From positions 558,001 through 622,000 of the forward strand of contig CAUYUJ010000059.1 in the NCBI GenBank assembly GCA_963575745.1: 64,000 nt of DNA, given 5' to 3'. The notes under the pieces were generated by a model, which did no database searches, was not told where the DNA came from, and saw nothing but the letters and a program-made list of their open reading frames with translations. Shown here piece after piece: positions 1 to 11,107 of the stretch. A program made the position numbers and the translations under genes. Within the stretch, counting starts at the first letter, position 1; each line of letters starts with the position of its first letter. This stretch comes from Prorocentrum cordatum (taxonomy: Eukaryota).

Positions 1-399
1 GATTTCCGCCGATCCGATGTGCTTCGATCCCCACTCCGAGTTGTCGATTCGGCTTTGGGCCCTCCTGGTCTGGGACGGTCGCGCATCTGCTCCGACGGGG
101 GCTGACCAGCGGTGAGCTCGCCGGCACGGCAGAGCGGCAAGTATGATAGTTGCCGTGGGTTGGTGTACTGCGCTGGTGTACCGATGGTGATCACAAGACT
201 AGCAAAACATGGCGGCGCATGCCACCGCATGACGGACCGTCTGCCCTGCGCGCCCGAAGGTTATCCGGTGTCATAGAGCGCTCCAACGGAACACGATCCG
301 AGAGCACCCCGTAGCGGGGCAGTGCATCGTACATAGGGGCGGCAGGGAGGCGGCCGCAGTAGTCTCATTGGACCCCGTTCTTCGTGAACCGTACAGTCG

Positions 400-1085
400 G
401 GCCGCTGAAGAAGGAACCCTGTTCGTTTGTGAGGGGCTCCGTGGTCCTCGCTTGTTTTGCCGTGCTCCTTGGGTTCCCCTGAGGTTTTCCGTGGAAAGTC
501 GGAGCTGAACTTATGGGAAACAGGGGCCTCGTTCCTTACAGTGAGCGGCTTGAATAAGGAACACTTCCTTTTCAAAAGGGGCTCGGTCGTTCCTTAGGCT
601 TCCATGCGTTATTTACTGCTCCTCATGCGTTCTGTATTATTCATCGTTCCTTATGCGTTATTCTTTGGGATAAACAGGGGCTTCGTGTCTTATTTATCGT
701 TCCTTAGGTCAGGCCGATGACGCCCCGACCGTGTGGTGTCGACAGGCGCGGGCCATCAGCGCACCGCACCTCGGGCGTCCACACCGGGCGCCCCGCACGT
801 GGATATGGCGAGCGACCGGCCACACGGCTCGCAGGTGGTCTCTGTGGAGGCACCCCCGGGTGCACAGTCGCGAGTCATCGGGGGGTGTGCTGCTGCAGCA
901 GGGCTACAGTCGGGGCCCTGAAGAAGGAACCCTTTTGGTTGGGGAGGGGCTCCGCGTTCCTTGAGTGTTGCACAGCTTGCCTCAGGTTTTCCTCAGGTTT
1001 TCGATGGGAAATCGGAGTTTAACTTATGGAAAAAAGGGGCCTCGTTCCTTATTTAGGGTTCCTTAGGTCAACGCCCCGACTGTAC
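400..1085. repeat. Degenerate direct-repeat element (two ~110-bp modules plus shorter sub-repeats)
   Basis: GAAGAAGGAACCC occurs at ~406 and ~920. The block AGGTTTT..GGAAA(G)TCGGAG.T.AACTTATGG.AA..AGGGGCCTCGTTCCTTA occurs at ~482-539 and ~995-1051. CGTTCCTTA recurs between them. Confidence 0.6.
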
Positions 1086-1245
1086 CCTTGCACACGTGCT
1101 TCCTCGCCCCGTCCTGAGCCAATGTTGACGTCAGAGGAGCTACAGGTGTTACACGGGACTTCTGGGTGTCATGCATCCGCGCTGCGGCCTTGCTATGGAT
1201 CTGGACTGTATTATGGATGCCCGCGGCTTCCAGTTCCAATACCCA

Positions 1246-1379
1246 TCCTCCTCCTCCTCCTCCTCCTCCTCCTCCTCCTCCTCCTCCTCCTCCTCCTCCT
1301 CCTCCTCCTCCTCCTCCTCCTCCTCCTCCTCCTCCTCCCCCTCCCCCTCCCCCTCCTCCTCCTCCTGCTCCTCCTCCTC
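1246..1379. repeat. (CCT)n microsatellite
   Basis: Near-perfect CCT run; source of the poly-P/S/L/E/G/R ORFs here. Confidence 0.98.
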
Positions 1380-1754
1380 GCCCCCTCGCGCCCGCCAGGC
1401 CCGCCGGCCGGCCAGCGGCGATGGGCGAGAAGCAGACGCCGCAAATTGTGTGCGCTCTGGTCGTCCGCGGCCAGGGCACGGTGCTCGTGGAGCACACTGG
1501 CGCGCCTCGGGCAAAGCCGCCACAGCCGTTGTCGTCATCGTCGTCCGTCGTCGGTTTTCTCTTCGCCCTCCGGTTCGTTCTCCTCTTCGTCCTCTTTCCC
1601 TCCAACCCCTTTCCCCCCCCCACCCCCTCCTCGCTTCGAAGGGCTGCGGTCAGAACGACACATGCGCGCGCTGCCCTGTTTCACCGGATATGTGACTCTT
1701 CCGATCATTAGATTATGTGTTTGGCACGAGGACCGCCTCCATGCCGTAGGCACA

Positions 1755-3978
1755 GCACAGATGTGTTTCGCCGGGGTTGGTTTTCGCCGGGCTTCGTTTC
1801 GCCTGGCTTGATTTCGCTGGGTTTGCTTTCGCCCGGGTTGGCTTTAGCCGGGCTTCGTTTCGCCGGGGTTGGCTTTCGCCGGAGGTGGATTTCCCTGGGC
1901 TTCGTTTCGCCGGGGTTGGCTTTTGCTGGGGTTGGCTGCCGCCAGGTTGCGTTTCGCCGTGGTTGGCTTTCGCCTGGTTGGGCGCGGGCTCCAATGGGCG
2001 GATCGCGTCGGGCGGGCGGACCCTAACAGGCGGGGCGGGTCGGGTCGGGTCGGGCGGACCCTAACGGGCGGGTCGGGTCGGGCGGGCGGGACACTACAGT
2101 GTGGGGCCTGCTCGAGTGAGCACGCGTGAACCCTAACGGGCGGGTCGGATCGGGCTGGCGGACCCTAACGGGCGGGGCGGGGCGGGGCGGGTCGGGCGGA
2201 CCCTAACGGGCGGGTCGCGTCGGGCGGGCGGAACACTAAAGTGTGGGGTGGCGCGCCCGAGCGAGCACGCGTGAACTCACACGGGCGGGTTGGGTCGGGG
2301 AGACGGATCCTAATGGGCGGGACGGGTCGGGTCGGGTCGGGCCCAACGGGCGGGTCGGGTCGGGTCGGGCGGGCGGGACAATGAAGAGTGGGGGGCGCGC
2401 TGGAGCGAGCACGCGTGAACCCAAACGGGCGGGTCGGGTCGGGAGGGCGGACCCTAACGGGCGGGACGGGTTGGGTCAGGTCGGGAGAACTTTAACAGGC
2501 GGGTCGGAGCGGGCAGGCGGGGCACTAAAGTGTGAGGCACGCTCGAGTGAGCACGCGTGAGCCCTAACGGTCGGGTCGGGTTGGGCGGACCCTAACGGGC
2601 GGGGCGGATCGAGTTGGGCTGGGCAAACCCAAACGGGCGGGTCGGGTCAGGCGGGCGGGACACTAAAGTGTGGGGCACGCTCGAGTGAGCACGCGTGATC
2701 CCTACCGGGCGGATCGGGTCGGGCGGGCGGACTCCATCGGGCGGGACGGATCGGGTCAGGTCGGGCGAACCGTGACGGGCGGGTCGGGTCGGGCAGGCGG
2801 GACACTAAAGTGTGGAGCGCGCCGGAGCGAACACGCGTGAACTCTAACAGGCGGGTCGGGTCGGCCAGGCGAACCCTAACGGGCGGGGCGGGTTTGGGTC
2901 GGGCGGACCCTAACGGGCGGGTCGGGTCGGGCGGGCGGGACATTGAAGTGTGGGGCGCGCCAGAGCGAGCACGCGTGAACCCTAACGGGCGGGTCGGGTC
3001 GGGCGGGCGGACCCTGACGGGCGGGACGGGTTGGGTCGGGTCGGGCGGACCCTAACGGGCGGGTCGAATCGGGCGGGGGGGGCACTAAAGTGCGGGGAGC
3101 GCTCGAGTGAGCACGCGTGAACCCGAACGGGCGGGTCGGGTCGGGCTGGCGGACCCTATCGGGCGGGGCGGGGCGGGTCGGGCCGGGCAGACCCTGACGG
3201 GCGGGTCTGGTCGGGCGGGCGGGACATTAATAAAGTGTGGGGCACGCTCGAGTGAGCACGCGTTTGGCTTTGCCAGGGGGGCACGTAGCACTGATTGACC
3301 CCTCAGGGTGGCCTGCCTGAGCAAGGGCGGTGCTGCTGCGGGAACGCAAGGGAGCTCCAGCCAATCTGGCCGCGGGCAAGAGGAGCCAGAGGAGGAGAGG
3401 AGGAAAAGGAGCAGCAGCAGCAGAAGCATAAAAGGACAGGAGCGGGAGGAGGAGAGGAGGAAGAGGAGGGCCAAAACGAACCCAGGCGAAAGCCATCCCA
3501 GGCGAGAGACCAACCCAGGCAAAACCCCACCCGGACGAAAGCCAATCGGGGCGAAAGCCAACCCGGGCGAAAGCCAACCAGGCGAAAGCCAACCTGGGCG
3601 AAAGCGAACCCGGGCGAAAGCCAACCTGGGCGAAAGCCAACCCGGGCGAAAGGCAACTTGGGCGAAAGCCAACCTGGGCGAAAGCGAACCCGGGCGAAAG
3701 GCAATTTGGGCGAAAGCCAACCCCGGTGAAAGCCAATTTGGGCGAACGCCAACCTGGGCGAAAGGCAATTTGGGCGAAAGCCAACTTGGGCGAAAGCGAA
3801 CCTTGGCGAAAGCCAACCCGGGTGAAAGCCAATTTGGGCGAAAGCCAACCCGGGCGAAAGGCAATTTGGGCGAAAGCCAATTAGGGCGAAAGCGAACCCG
3901 GGCGAAAGCAAACCCGGGCGAAACGAAGCGGGCGAAATGAACTTGGCGAAGACCAACCCGGGCGAAAAACATTTACTC
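1755..3978. mobile_element. Mutator-like foldback (FB-MULE-type) non-autonomous element with tandem-array TIRs and 10-bp TSD
   Basis: Left array of 16-bp TTTCGCCCGGGTTGGC-like units (1761-1980) and right array of the reverse complement GCCAACCCGGGCGAAA (~3475-3972). The outermost 28 nt match 25/28 as an inverted repeat. Flanks CGTAGGCACA (1745-1754) and CGCAGGCACA (3979-3988) sit 6 nt outside the ATGT/ACAT ends on each side. Confidence 0.75.
1982..3262. repeat. G-rich ~142-bp tandem satellite (~9 units) nested in the foldback element
   Basis: GAGCACGCGTGA-type anchor at ~2117, 2263, 2407, 2549, 2686, 2829, 2967, 3108, 3254. Each unit holds about three ACCCTAACGGGCGGGTCGGGTCGGGCGG sub-repeats. 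Confidence 0.92.
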
Positions 3979-4785
3979 CGCAGGCACAACCACCTTCCCC
4001 CCTTCCTTCCGCCGTGCCTCCTTACCTCCCGCCCCTCCACACCTCCTGTTCCCTCATCCCTCGCGCCCTCGGGGGTCATCTGCAGCGCGCTCCCCAAGGT
4101 CCTCCCGGCAGCAGGCTGGCCCAATAGCAGAGGCGGAGAGGGAGCAGGGACGAGAAGGAGGAGGAAGCAGGGAGGGAAGAGGAGGAGGAGGAAGGAAGGA
4201 GGAAGGAGGGAGGAAGGAGGAAGGCGGACGAGGAGAAGGAGGTATGAGGAGGGGTGAGGAGGAACCGGAAGGGCAGTAGAAGGATAAGGAACGGGCAGGG
4301 AGGGAGAGGAGGAGGAGGAGGAGGAGGAAGAAAAACAGGTCGGCGGGCTGGGGCGGACGACGAGGACGACGGCGGAAGAGGCCAGTTGTGGCCTTGGCGT
4401 CTGCGCTCTCCCCCTACCGCGCGGGGGGCCCGCCCTGCGCGTGCCGGGACAGTAGCGTCGGCGCGCAGACGCTGCGTGCCCGGAATCACCTCTCCTCCGC
4501 GGCCGTTCTGTCCTTGTCCACCCGCTGTAGTGCGCCCAGTGTCCGGTGCGGCCCGTCAGCTTTGCAGTCGCGGTCGCGCCCGCCAGCGCTGCGAACACAA
4601 CAGTCCAGCATCACTTGCGCGGATGCCTGCGAGGCCGCCGCGCCACGGAGGTGCCCATCTGGCGGCGAGGCCGCGAACCAGGCCCGGCACCGAGGGCAGC
4701 AAGCTCAGCGCCTGTGCGTCGGCCGCCCAGCCTGGACAGCAGATGCCGCAGATGTGTTCCCTCCACCTCTTTGTCTGTCTTTTGC

Positions 4786-5078
4786 CTCATCCTCCGCCTC
4801 CTCCTCCTCCTCCTCCTCCTCCTCCTCCTCCTCCTCCTCCTCCTCCTCCTCCTCCTCCCCCTCCCCCTCCTCCTCCTCCTCCTCCTCCTCCTGCTCCTCC
4901 TTCTCCTCCTTTTCCTCCTCCTACTCATCATCATCCTCATCATCCCTCTCCCCTCGTCCTCCTCCTCCTCCGCCCCCTCCTCCTCCTCCTCCTCCTCCTC
5001 CTCCTCCTCCTCCTCCTCCTCCTCCTCCTCCTCCTCCTCCTCCTCCTCCTCCTCCTCCTCCTCCTCCTCCTCCTCCTC
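4786..5078. repeat. (CCT)n microsatellite
   Basis: Long CCT run with a few CAT/CCC interruptions. Confidence 0.97.
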
Positions 5079-5214
5079 TTTTCCTTATGAATAACGTCTC
5101 CCTGTGTCACACCGATGAAAGTTTTTAGAGCGAACTGGGCGTTTCGCTTGAGATTTCCTCATCACTCATGACCCCTGACGTTTAAAGTTGGAAGCAGCTT
5201 CGCTGGTGGAGGGC

Positions 5215-5645
5215 GAGTCGCTTTCAAAATGTGGCGCTCGTTTTAGCGCTGTTTTTTCTCAGATTGGCAACAGCTTCACAGATGGAGGGGTCGTTTTCAA
5301 AATGTAGCTCTCGCATTAGCGCCGCGCACATTCGATTCCAAAAACTTGCAGAGCTGCACGGATTCAGAGCGACCCGTTTTCTAAATGTGGTTCTCGCCTA
5401 AGCGCCGCGCACATTCGTTTTTAGCTTTTGCAAGAGTTCAAGAGTTTCACGGGTTCCCATGATCAGCGTACCAGGAATGGTGTGGTGGAAGGATTCCGGG
5501 GTATGAGAGCGCAACAATTACGTTGATTCGCGGAGTTGAAGTCCCAGGAATGGCGTTCTGGCAGGATTCATCATCGTCAAGACACAACAGTCAGACTGAT
5601 CCGTGGCGTTGGAATCCCGGGAACAATGTTTTGGCATGCTTCAGG
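5215..5645. repeat. Degenerate tandem repeat cluster (~75-85 bp and ~70 bp units)
   Basis: AAATGT(G/A)G..CTCG...TAGCGC(C) at ~5227, 5299, 5383. GGAATGG.GT..TGG.AGGATTC-like blocks at ~5474, 5547, 5620. Confidence 0.55.
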
Positions 5646-5989
5646 GTCTTCAAATGGTTGTCTTCCAACGAGGTATGTCCCTCAGTGGAATGAACCGTTG
5701 TAGGGGCCTCTGAAGAGGGAGCTTGGAGGGAGGGTTTATTCCAACATCGTTGATGGCTCTTGGGCTTTCACTGGTTCTCCGCCCTCGCCTCCTCCTGATC
5801 CTCCTCCTCCTCCTCCTCCTCCTCCTCCTCCTCCTCCTCCTCCTCCTCCTCCTCCTCCTCCTCTGCACTGCAGCGTCGTAGCCTTGCACGCGCCCGCCCA
5901 CGAAGGCGGCCAGGATCGGCCATCAGAGGCCTGTCTTCCCTTCGGTCTGGGTCAGTGGCTGCGGCCCGCAGGCCGGAGGGAGGTTAAGC

Positions 5990-7230
5990 ACGAGGACTGC
6001 GTCGGAAAACATAAGGGTTGGCAGCAGGTGCCCGCCTTGGCCAGCACCACGGCAGCATGGCGCCCAAGCCGTCGAAGCAGGAGGAGAATTCTGAAAGCGA
6101 AGCTGTTGTATCATGGGATGCTTCCGCTGCAGGACAGCGAGCGGCAACCACCAGCTCCGCCGCGGCAGGTCCCCAGCCAAGCCTGCCCGACGAGATGCAG
6201 GCCGATGCGCCGACCCCTTCGAGAACCCCGCCCAGGCCGACTGCGCCCCACACGCCTCCATGGCGGAAGGACAGGGTGGAGTTCCCGAAGCAGATCGAGG
6301 CCGTGATCAGCAAGGTACAGTGGAAACCCATGCCAACAAACACCCTGCTTGCCTCCAGGGTGCCATGGGTTTCTGGGGGGTGGATGGTTTCGCTATGCAA
6401 AGCGTGACGTTCCCACACCAAGAACCAATGGACGTCCTGGGGTCTCAGGCTTGGGTTTTTTGTGGAAGGTTCCTTGTGGTCGAGCTCCTACAGTAGTCCC
6501 AAGCGCGCCAGACGATGCCCACAACAAAAAAGAGTGGATCGAGCCCACTGCGAGCAACACAGACATGCCGAAGTACCAGGGAAAAAACGAGAACCGCATG
6601 ACGGGAATTGCACATCACACCAAGACGGGCTGGCGAGCCAGCCAGCCTGTCCTGAAAGCCGAGCAGGGCCTTGCCAGGCTTACGCCTGGCCTTCCGCTGA
6701 CCAAGAGTGCCACAAAGCAAGGGTGGCCACTCTGAGGCACCGGCGAGCCCAGTTCCAGGAGCACCTCCAGAAAGATGAGCGACACACAGGAGCAGGCGAT
6801 CGTCGGAGACGACATCGCTGAGCTCAGCTGCCGGAAGAGGAGCTGAGCGAGCAGATGGGCCAGGGCGAGGCCGTCGGCAAGTGGAACAGAAATCGGAAGG
6901 CCGCCACGCCAGGAGCCGCAGAAGGAGGGCGCCCTGTGCCCAATCGGCTGCCAGACCACACGACAGGAGCGCCCGCAGGTGCTCCAGATCGCCCAGCCAC
7001 AGCCAGCGTGACCGAGGTCATCAGGAGCGCGTCCAGCTCGGCCGTAGCATCCTCGCCGCCGCGATTCGGACACCAGGTCGCCTCCGCACAAGAGCACGAG
7101 CGGAAGGAGATGGCCTGGCCCGGCAGTTCCGCCCCAGCGAGGGACCAAGCTGGAAGAGAGCGATGAGGACGCGAGTTCATGGAGGAGAGAGCGGAAGAGA
7201 GGGACAGACGCTGAGGAGAGCAAGGGTGAT
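5990..7230 (+). pseudogene. Possible decayed coding sequence (unknown gene or TE ORF remnant)
   Basis: Non-repetitive sequence with protein-like stretches in successive frames (MAPKPSKQEENSESE..., EFPKQIEAVISKVQWKP, MSDTQEQAIVGDDIAEL) broken by stops and frameshifts. No family recognised. Confidence 0.25.
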
Positions 7231-7768
7231 GTCCCAGGTAGCTGTTTTTGTTTGCGTCTGTCTGTCCAGGGGGGCAGGATTCGTTGGCTCGAGGCCGGCG
7301 CCTACAGTCAGCAGCAACGTAATCGTGGCATGGCCCGTTCCCGTCTTCCCTCACTTGCTTGCGTTTCGGCCACGTTCGCAGGACAGGCATGCGACGGACC
7401 TGAGTACATTGCCAGCACGCTTGGCGAGGCGAGAGGTGTACATGACCGCGGTCCGCTCCCATCTCCTGATCCCGAGCTCGACGCGAATGGCCCCGAGTCC
7501 ACCAGCAGCGGTGTCTAGTACACCGGCTTCTGCCTTAGCCCCAGTCAGCGACGGCGTGGCTATTCAAACCCTTTGCGGTTCGCGACGCGTGCTCGGAGAC
7601 GGCAGGTCGGGCGACAGGACATGGCAGAGCCGAAGGCCAACGAGCGCCACCACGTGGCCCAGCAGAAGCTCCGAGCGAGCGAGCACCGAGCCTCGGGAGA
7701 GCCACGAGCGGCTCAGCAGCCTGATAAAGGCCTGCGATGACGAAGCAGGGGCGGCCCAGAATCGAAGA

Positions 7769-7955
7769 AGAAGAAGAAAGAACGCCATAAACATAAACTG
7801 TTGGTGCTCCGCGCGGACATTCTTGAATCCACGCTGGGCCCCCCCGGCGGCGCCGCCCTTGGCGCGCTCCGCGCGTTAAGAAGAAGTCCGGCGCAGATCC
7901 ACGAAATCCGCGCAGAACGCCACAAGTTTATGCTTATGGCGTTCGTTCGTCTTCT
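7769..7955. mobile_element. Hairpin MITE, copy 1 (long imperfect TIRs)
   Basis: GAACGCCATAAACATAAACTGTTGGTGCTCCGCGCGGA on the left pairs with TCCGCGCAGAACGCCACAAGTTTATGCTTATGGCGTTC on the right. Related copy at 24223-24388. Confidence 0.75.
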
Positions 7956-8137
7956 ATAGAAAGTTCAGGTAGAGTCGCAACAGCCGCGCAATGAGCTTCA
8001 GGCCAGCGAGGCGACCATCAATCGCGCCACAGCTGCTGCTTCCGCGGCAGCGCGGGCCCACGCCTTCAGATGCAGCGCGCGGGAGGAGGAGAGGCGAGGC
8101 GAAGGCGCACGCGGACCAGGAGGCGCAGCTAACCAAC

Positions 8138-8561
8138 TCTCCTCCTCCTCCTCCTCCTCCTCCTCCTCCTCCTCCTCCTCCTCCTCCTCCTCCTCCTCCT
8201 CCTCCTCCCTCCTCCTCCTCCTCCTCCTCCTCCTCCTCCTCCTCCTCCTCCTCCTCCTCCTCCTCCTCCGCCTCCTCCGCCTCCGCCTCCTCCGCCTCCT
8301 CCTCCCTCTCCTCCTCCTCCTTCTCCTCCTCCTCCTCCTCCTCATCCTCCTCCTCCTCCTCCTCCTCCTCCTTCTCCTCATCCTCCCTCCTCCTCCTCCT
8401 CCTCCTCCTCCTCCTCCTCCTCCTCCTCCTCCTCCTCCCTCTCCTCCTCATCCTCTCCCCTCCTCCTCCTCCTTTCCTTCCCCTCCCTCTCCTCCTCCTC
8501 CTCCCTCCTCCTCCCCTCCTCCTCCTCCTCCTCCTCCTCCTCCTCCTCCTCCTCCTCCTCC

Positions 8562-8590
<29 letters not shown>
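8138..8590. repeat. (CCT)n microsatellite
   Basis: About 450 bp CCT-dominated tract. Confidence 0.97.
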
Positions 8591-8592
<2 letters not shown>

Positions 8593-8971
8593 GGATTCCA
8601 TGAGCTCGAATCTCATCGATTCGTCACCCTCCTTGTCGCCACCCGCCCGCTCCACGCGCGCGCCCCGCCGCCACCACCTCGTCGTCGTCCTCGCCGTCCT
8701 CCGCGTCGTCCTCGCACTCGTCGGCGAGCTTCGAGCGCTGGAACTCGAGCCCGTGTGCGTTCCAATGTTGCTGCAGTCGGGATTCGTTTCGACAGCGTGT
8801 CGCTCCGACGGCTCTAGCCCACCACGCTTCCGCGCGACACGCTACCGAAATCCAGCGCCCAGGCTTCAACGTCCGGTCCGTTGCCAGCCTCCCGCCCCGC
8901 GGAACGGGGCGACACGCTATCCGCTCGCAAGGCATAGTGTGTCACCAGGGCCGACGCCGTGACAAGCTAAG

Positions 8972-9327
8972 CAAAAGTTCCTGACCGTAGCTCATGAAAG
9001 GGCCCCGACGTTGTATTTCGTGAGAAAGACCACTTTCCTCCATTTCGGTCTCCGGGGGCTCGTTTCGGGCCCCAGGTCTATTGAAAGGTTGTGTATCCGG
9101 AATGAGGAGCCGGTCTCGGGAAAGGGGCTGAAAATTCCAGGGGCAACGCATTGGAAAAAACAGCATGTCAGCGGTCCGTTTGGGATCCTCTCGCCGAGGG
9201 AGCGAAGGAAGGGATCCTCTCGCCCTCGGCGGAGGCTGGTGGAGGCAGAACGAAGGCGGCGTTGGCGGCGGAAGACTGCAGAAGTAGATGCGGGCACCCC
9301 GAAAGAGGTTACGGCCAGGAACTTTTG
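8972..9327. mobile_element. Candidate MITE with ~20-bp TIRs (CA...TG ends)
   Basis: CAAAAGTTCCTGACCGTA at 8972 versus TACGGCCAGGAACTTTTG ending 9327 (17/18 inverted match). No clear TSD. Confidence 0.55.
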
Positions 9328-10143
9328 ATGGGCCTGTTTTCCACCACCACCACCACCACCACCACCACCATAAGTTGGAGGGGGGAAGGAGGTGGAGGCT
9401 GAGGAGGAGGAGGAGGAGGAGGAGGAGGTGGTGGTGGTGGTCACTGCATAAGGGAAACAAAATCCCGAGCAGAGCAACACGCACCACGACCACGACGACG
9501 CCGACGACGACGACGACGACGACGACGACGGAGACGAGGCGCGCTTACGATCCGCACCGAAGCACGGATTTGGGAAAGGGCCCACCCTGCAGGTTCGGTT
9601 AAACAGCACATCGTTGAGCGGTGCTGCAGCCTCCCCTGAGCACAGGCCCCCCCAGAGCATCAGCCAGACAAGTCGGGTTTGCACCCTCATGCCTTGCTGG
9701 ACTCTGGGCGCGTTTCGGCACCCTCTCCCCCAACCTCGTCAGGGCCACCGACAAGGGAGAGGGCGGCGGTGGCCGACGCGTCCCCGAGCTAAGAAGCTCA
9801 AAGCGCCGCGGCTCAGAGAGCCGGGAAGACAGACAGACAGACGGACGGACGGACAGCCAGGCGGCGTGCAATGCCTGGCAAGCCAAGTGGGTGGTCACTG
9901 CATAAGGGAAACAGAATCCCGAGCAGAGCAACACGCACCACGACCACGACGACGCCGACGACGACGACGACGGAGACGAGGCGCGCTTACGCCGACGACG
10001 CCGACGACGAGACGACGAGACGGAGGAGGAGGAGGGGGAGGAGGAGGAGGAGGAGGAGGAGGAGGAGGAGGAGGAGGAGGAGGAGGAGGACCCCCTCCCC
10101 CTCCAACTTACGGCGGTGGTGGTGGTGGAAAGCAGGCCCATCA
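9326..10143. mobile_element. Candidate TIR element with (CCA)n-containing inverted ends and an internal ~110-bp direct repeat
   Basis: TGATGGGCCTGTTTTCC(ACC)nATAAGTTGGAGGGGG on the left mirrors CCCCCTCCAACTTA..(GGT)nGGAAAGCAGGCCCATCA on the right. Flanks AACTTT and GACTTT. Internal repeat GTGGTCACTGCATAAGGGAAAC...GGCGCGCTTACG at ~9437 and ~9891. Confidence 0.6.
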
Positions 10144-10246
10144 GACTTTGGCTCGGCGTGTCGCGCTGGCGGCTCTGGCCCGCAGTGCCTCGGCGCGGCA
10201 CGCGGAGCACGTCCCCAGTCTCGAGCGTCAAGGTGCCGAGCCCTCT

Positions 10247-10406
10247 CTCGAGCCCCTCCTCCTCCTCCTCCTCCTCCTCCTCCTCCTCCTCCTCCTCCTC
10301 CTCCTCTCCTCCTCCTCCTCCTCCTCCTCCTCCTCCCTCCTCCTCCTCCTCCTCCTCCTCCTCCTCCTCCTCCTCCTCCTCCTCCTCCTCCTCCTCCTCG
10401 AGCCCC
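10247..10406. repeat. (CCT)n tract bounded by a 10-bp direct repeat
   Basis: CTCGAGCCCC at 10247-10256 and 10397-10406. Confidence 0.85.
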
Positions 10407-11107
10407 ACGGAGAGGAGCAGCAAGCTGCCTTTGCGTGCTGGGCGTAGCCTATCGCCCGGGGCCGCCGCCGCGACACGCGGAGCAGAGGATCCCGGCCGTG
10501 GCGAGGGCGCACCCAGTGGAGTCGGCCATCCAGGCGGACGAGCCGGCGCCGCCGCTCCCTGCCGCGTCCTTGGAAGGCGGGGGGGTCGCCCCAGAGTCGA
10601 TCGGTTCGATGACGCTTGCCAGTGTCTGCGCGCGGCACTGGTCGGCTCGATGCTGAACGCAGCCCCAGGGGGCGGCTCGCCTTCTTCGGCGGCGATCCAG
10701 ACGAGCCGGTCACGTTTGCGGTTCGACCGAACCACGGTTAGCAGTAGTTTTGGGTCTATTGCGAAAGAGAGAGAGAGAGTGAGATCTTCTTGAGTGGCCC
10801 CCTGCATTGTCTCCACGTCGCGTTCACCAAGGACGTCTCATTACAGACAGTCAACCCACATAGTAAGGATTGGCAGCTTTCCAATGTTACCATTGCATCA
10901 TTCCCCTTCGGCCCATCCTTGGCCACTTTCGCTGGCCGCGCACCGCTCGCGACATTCCAGCATGGCCTTCCAAGGCCCTTGTATCCATACCGCGCGTCCT
11001 TATAATACGAGCTAAATGTATTGCGGCGCCTCTCACAGGCATGGCAGGCAACTTCCGCGAGGCCATCGAGACGATCCTTCCTAAGGCTGCTGTTCGGCTG
11101 CAAAACT

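Noticed and set aside
1982..3262. CCCTAAC motifs as interstitial telomere
   Set aside because: Single motifs embedded in a larger unit, never tandem, and not the TTTAGGG repeat.
3085..3972. Repetitive ORFs (LAFAQ/GESQPG repeats)
   Set aside because: Translations of the 16-bp TIR array of the foldback element.
10855..10930. WKAANPYY on the - strand resembling a Helitron-associated WLKxNNPxY motif
   Set aside because: Flanked by stops with no other supporting motif; too short to call.
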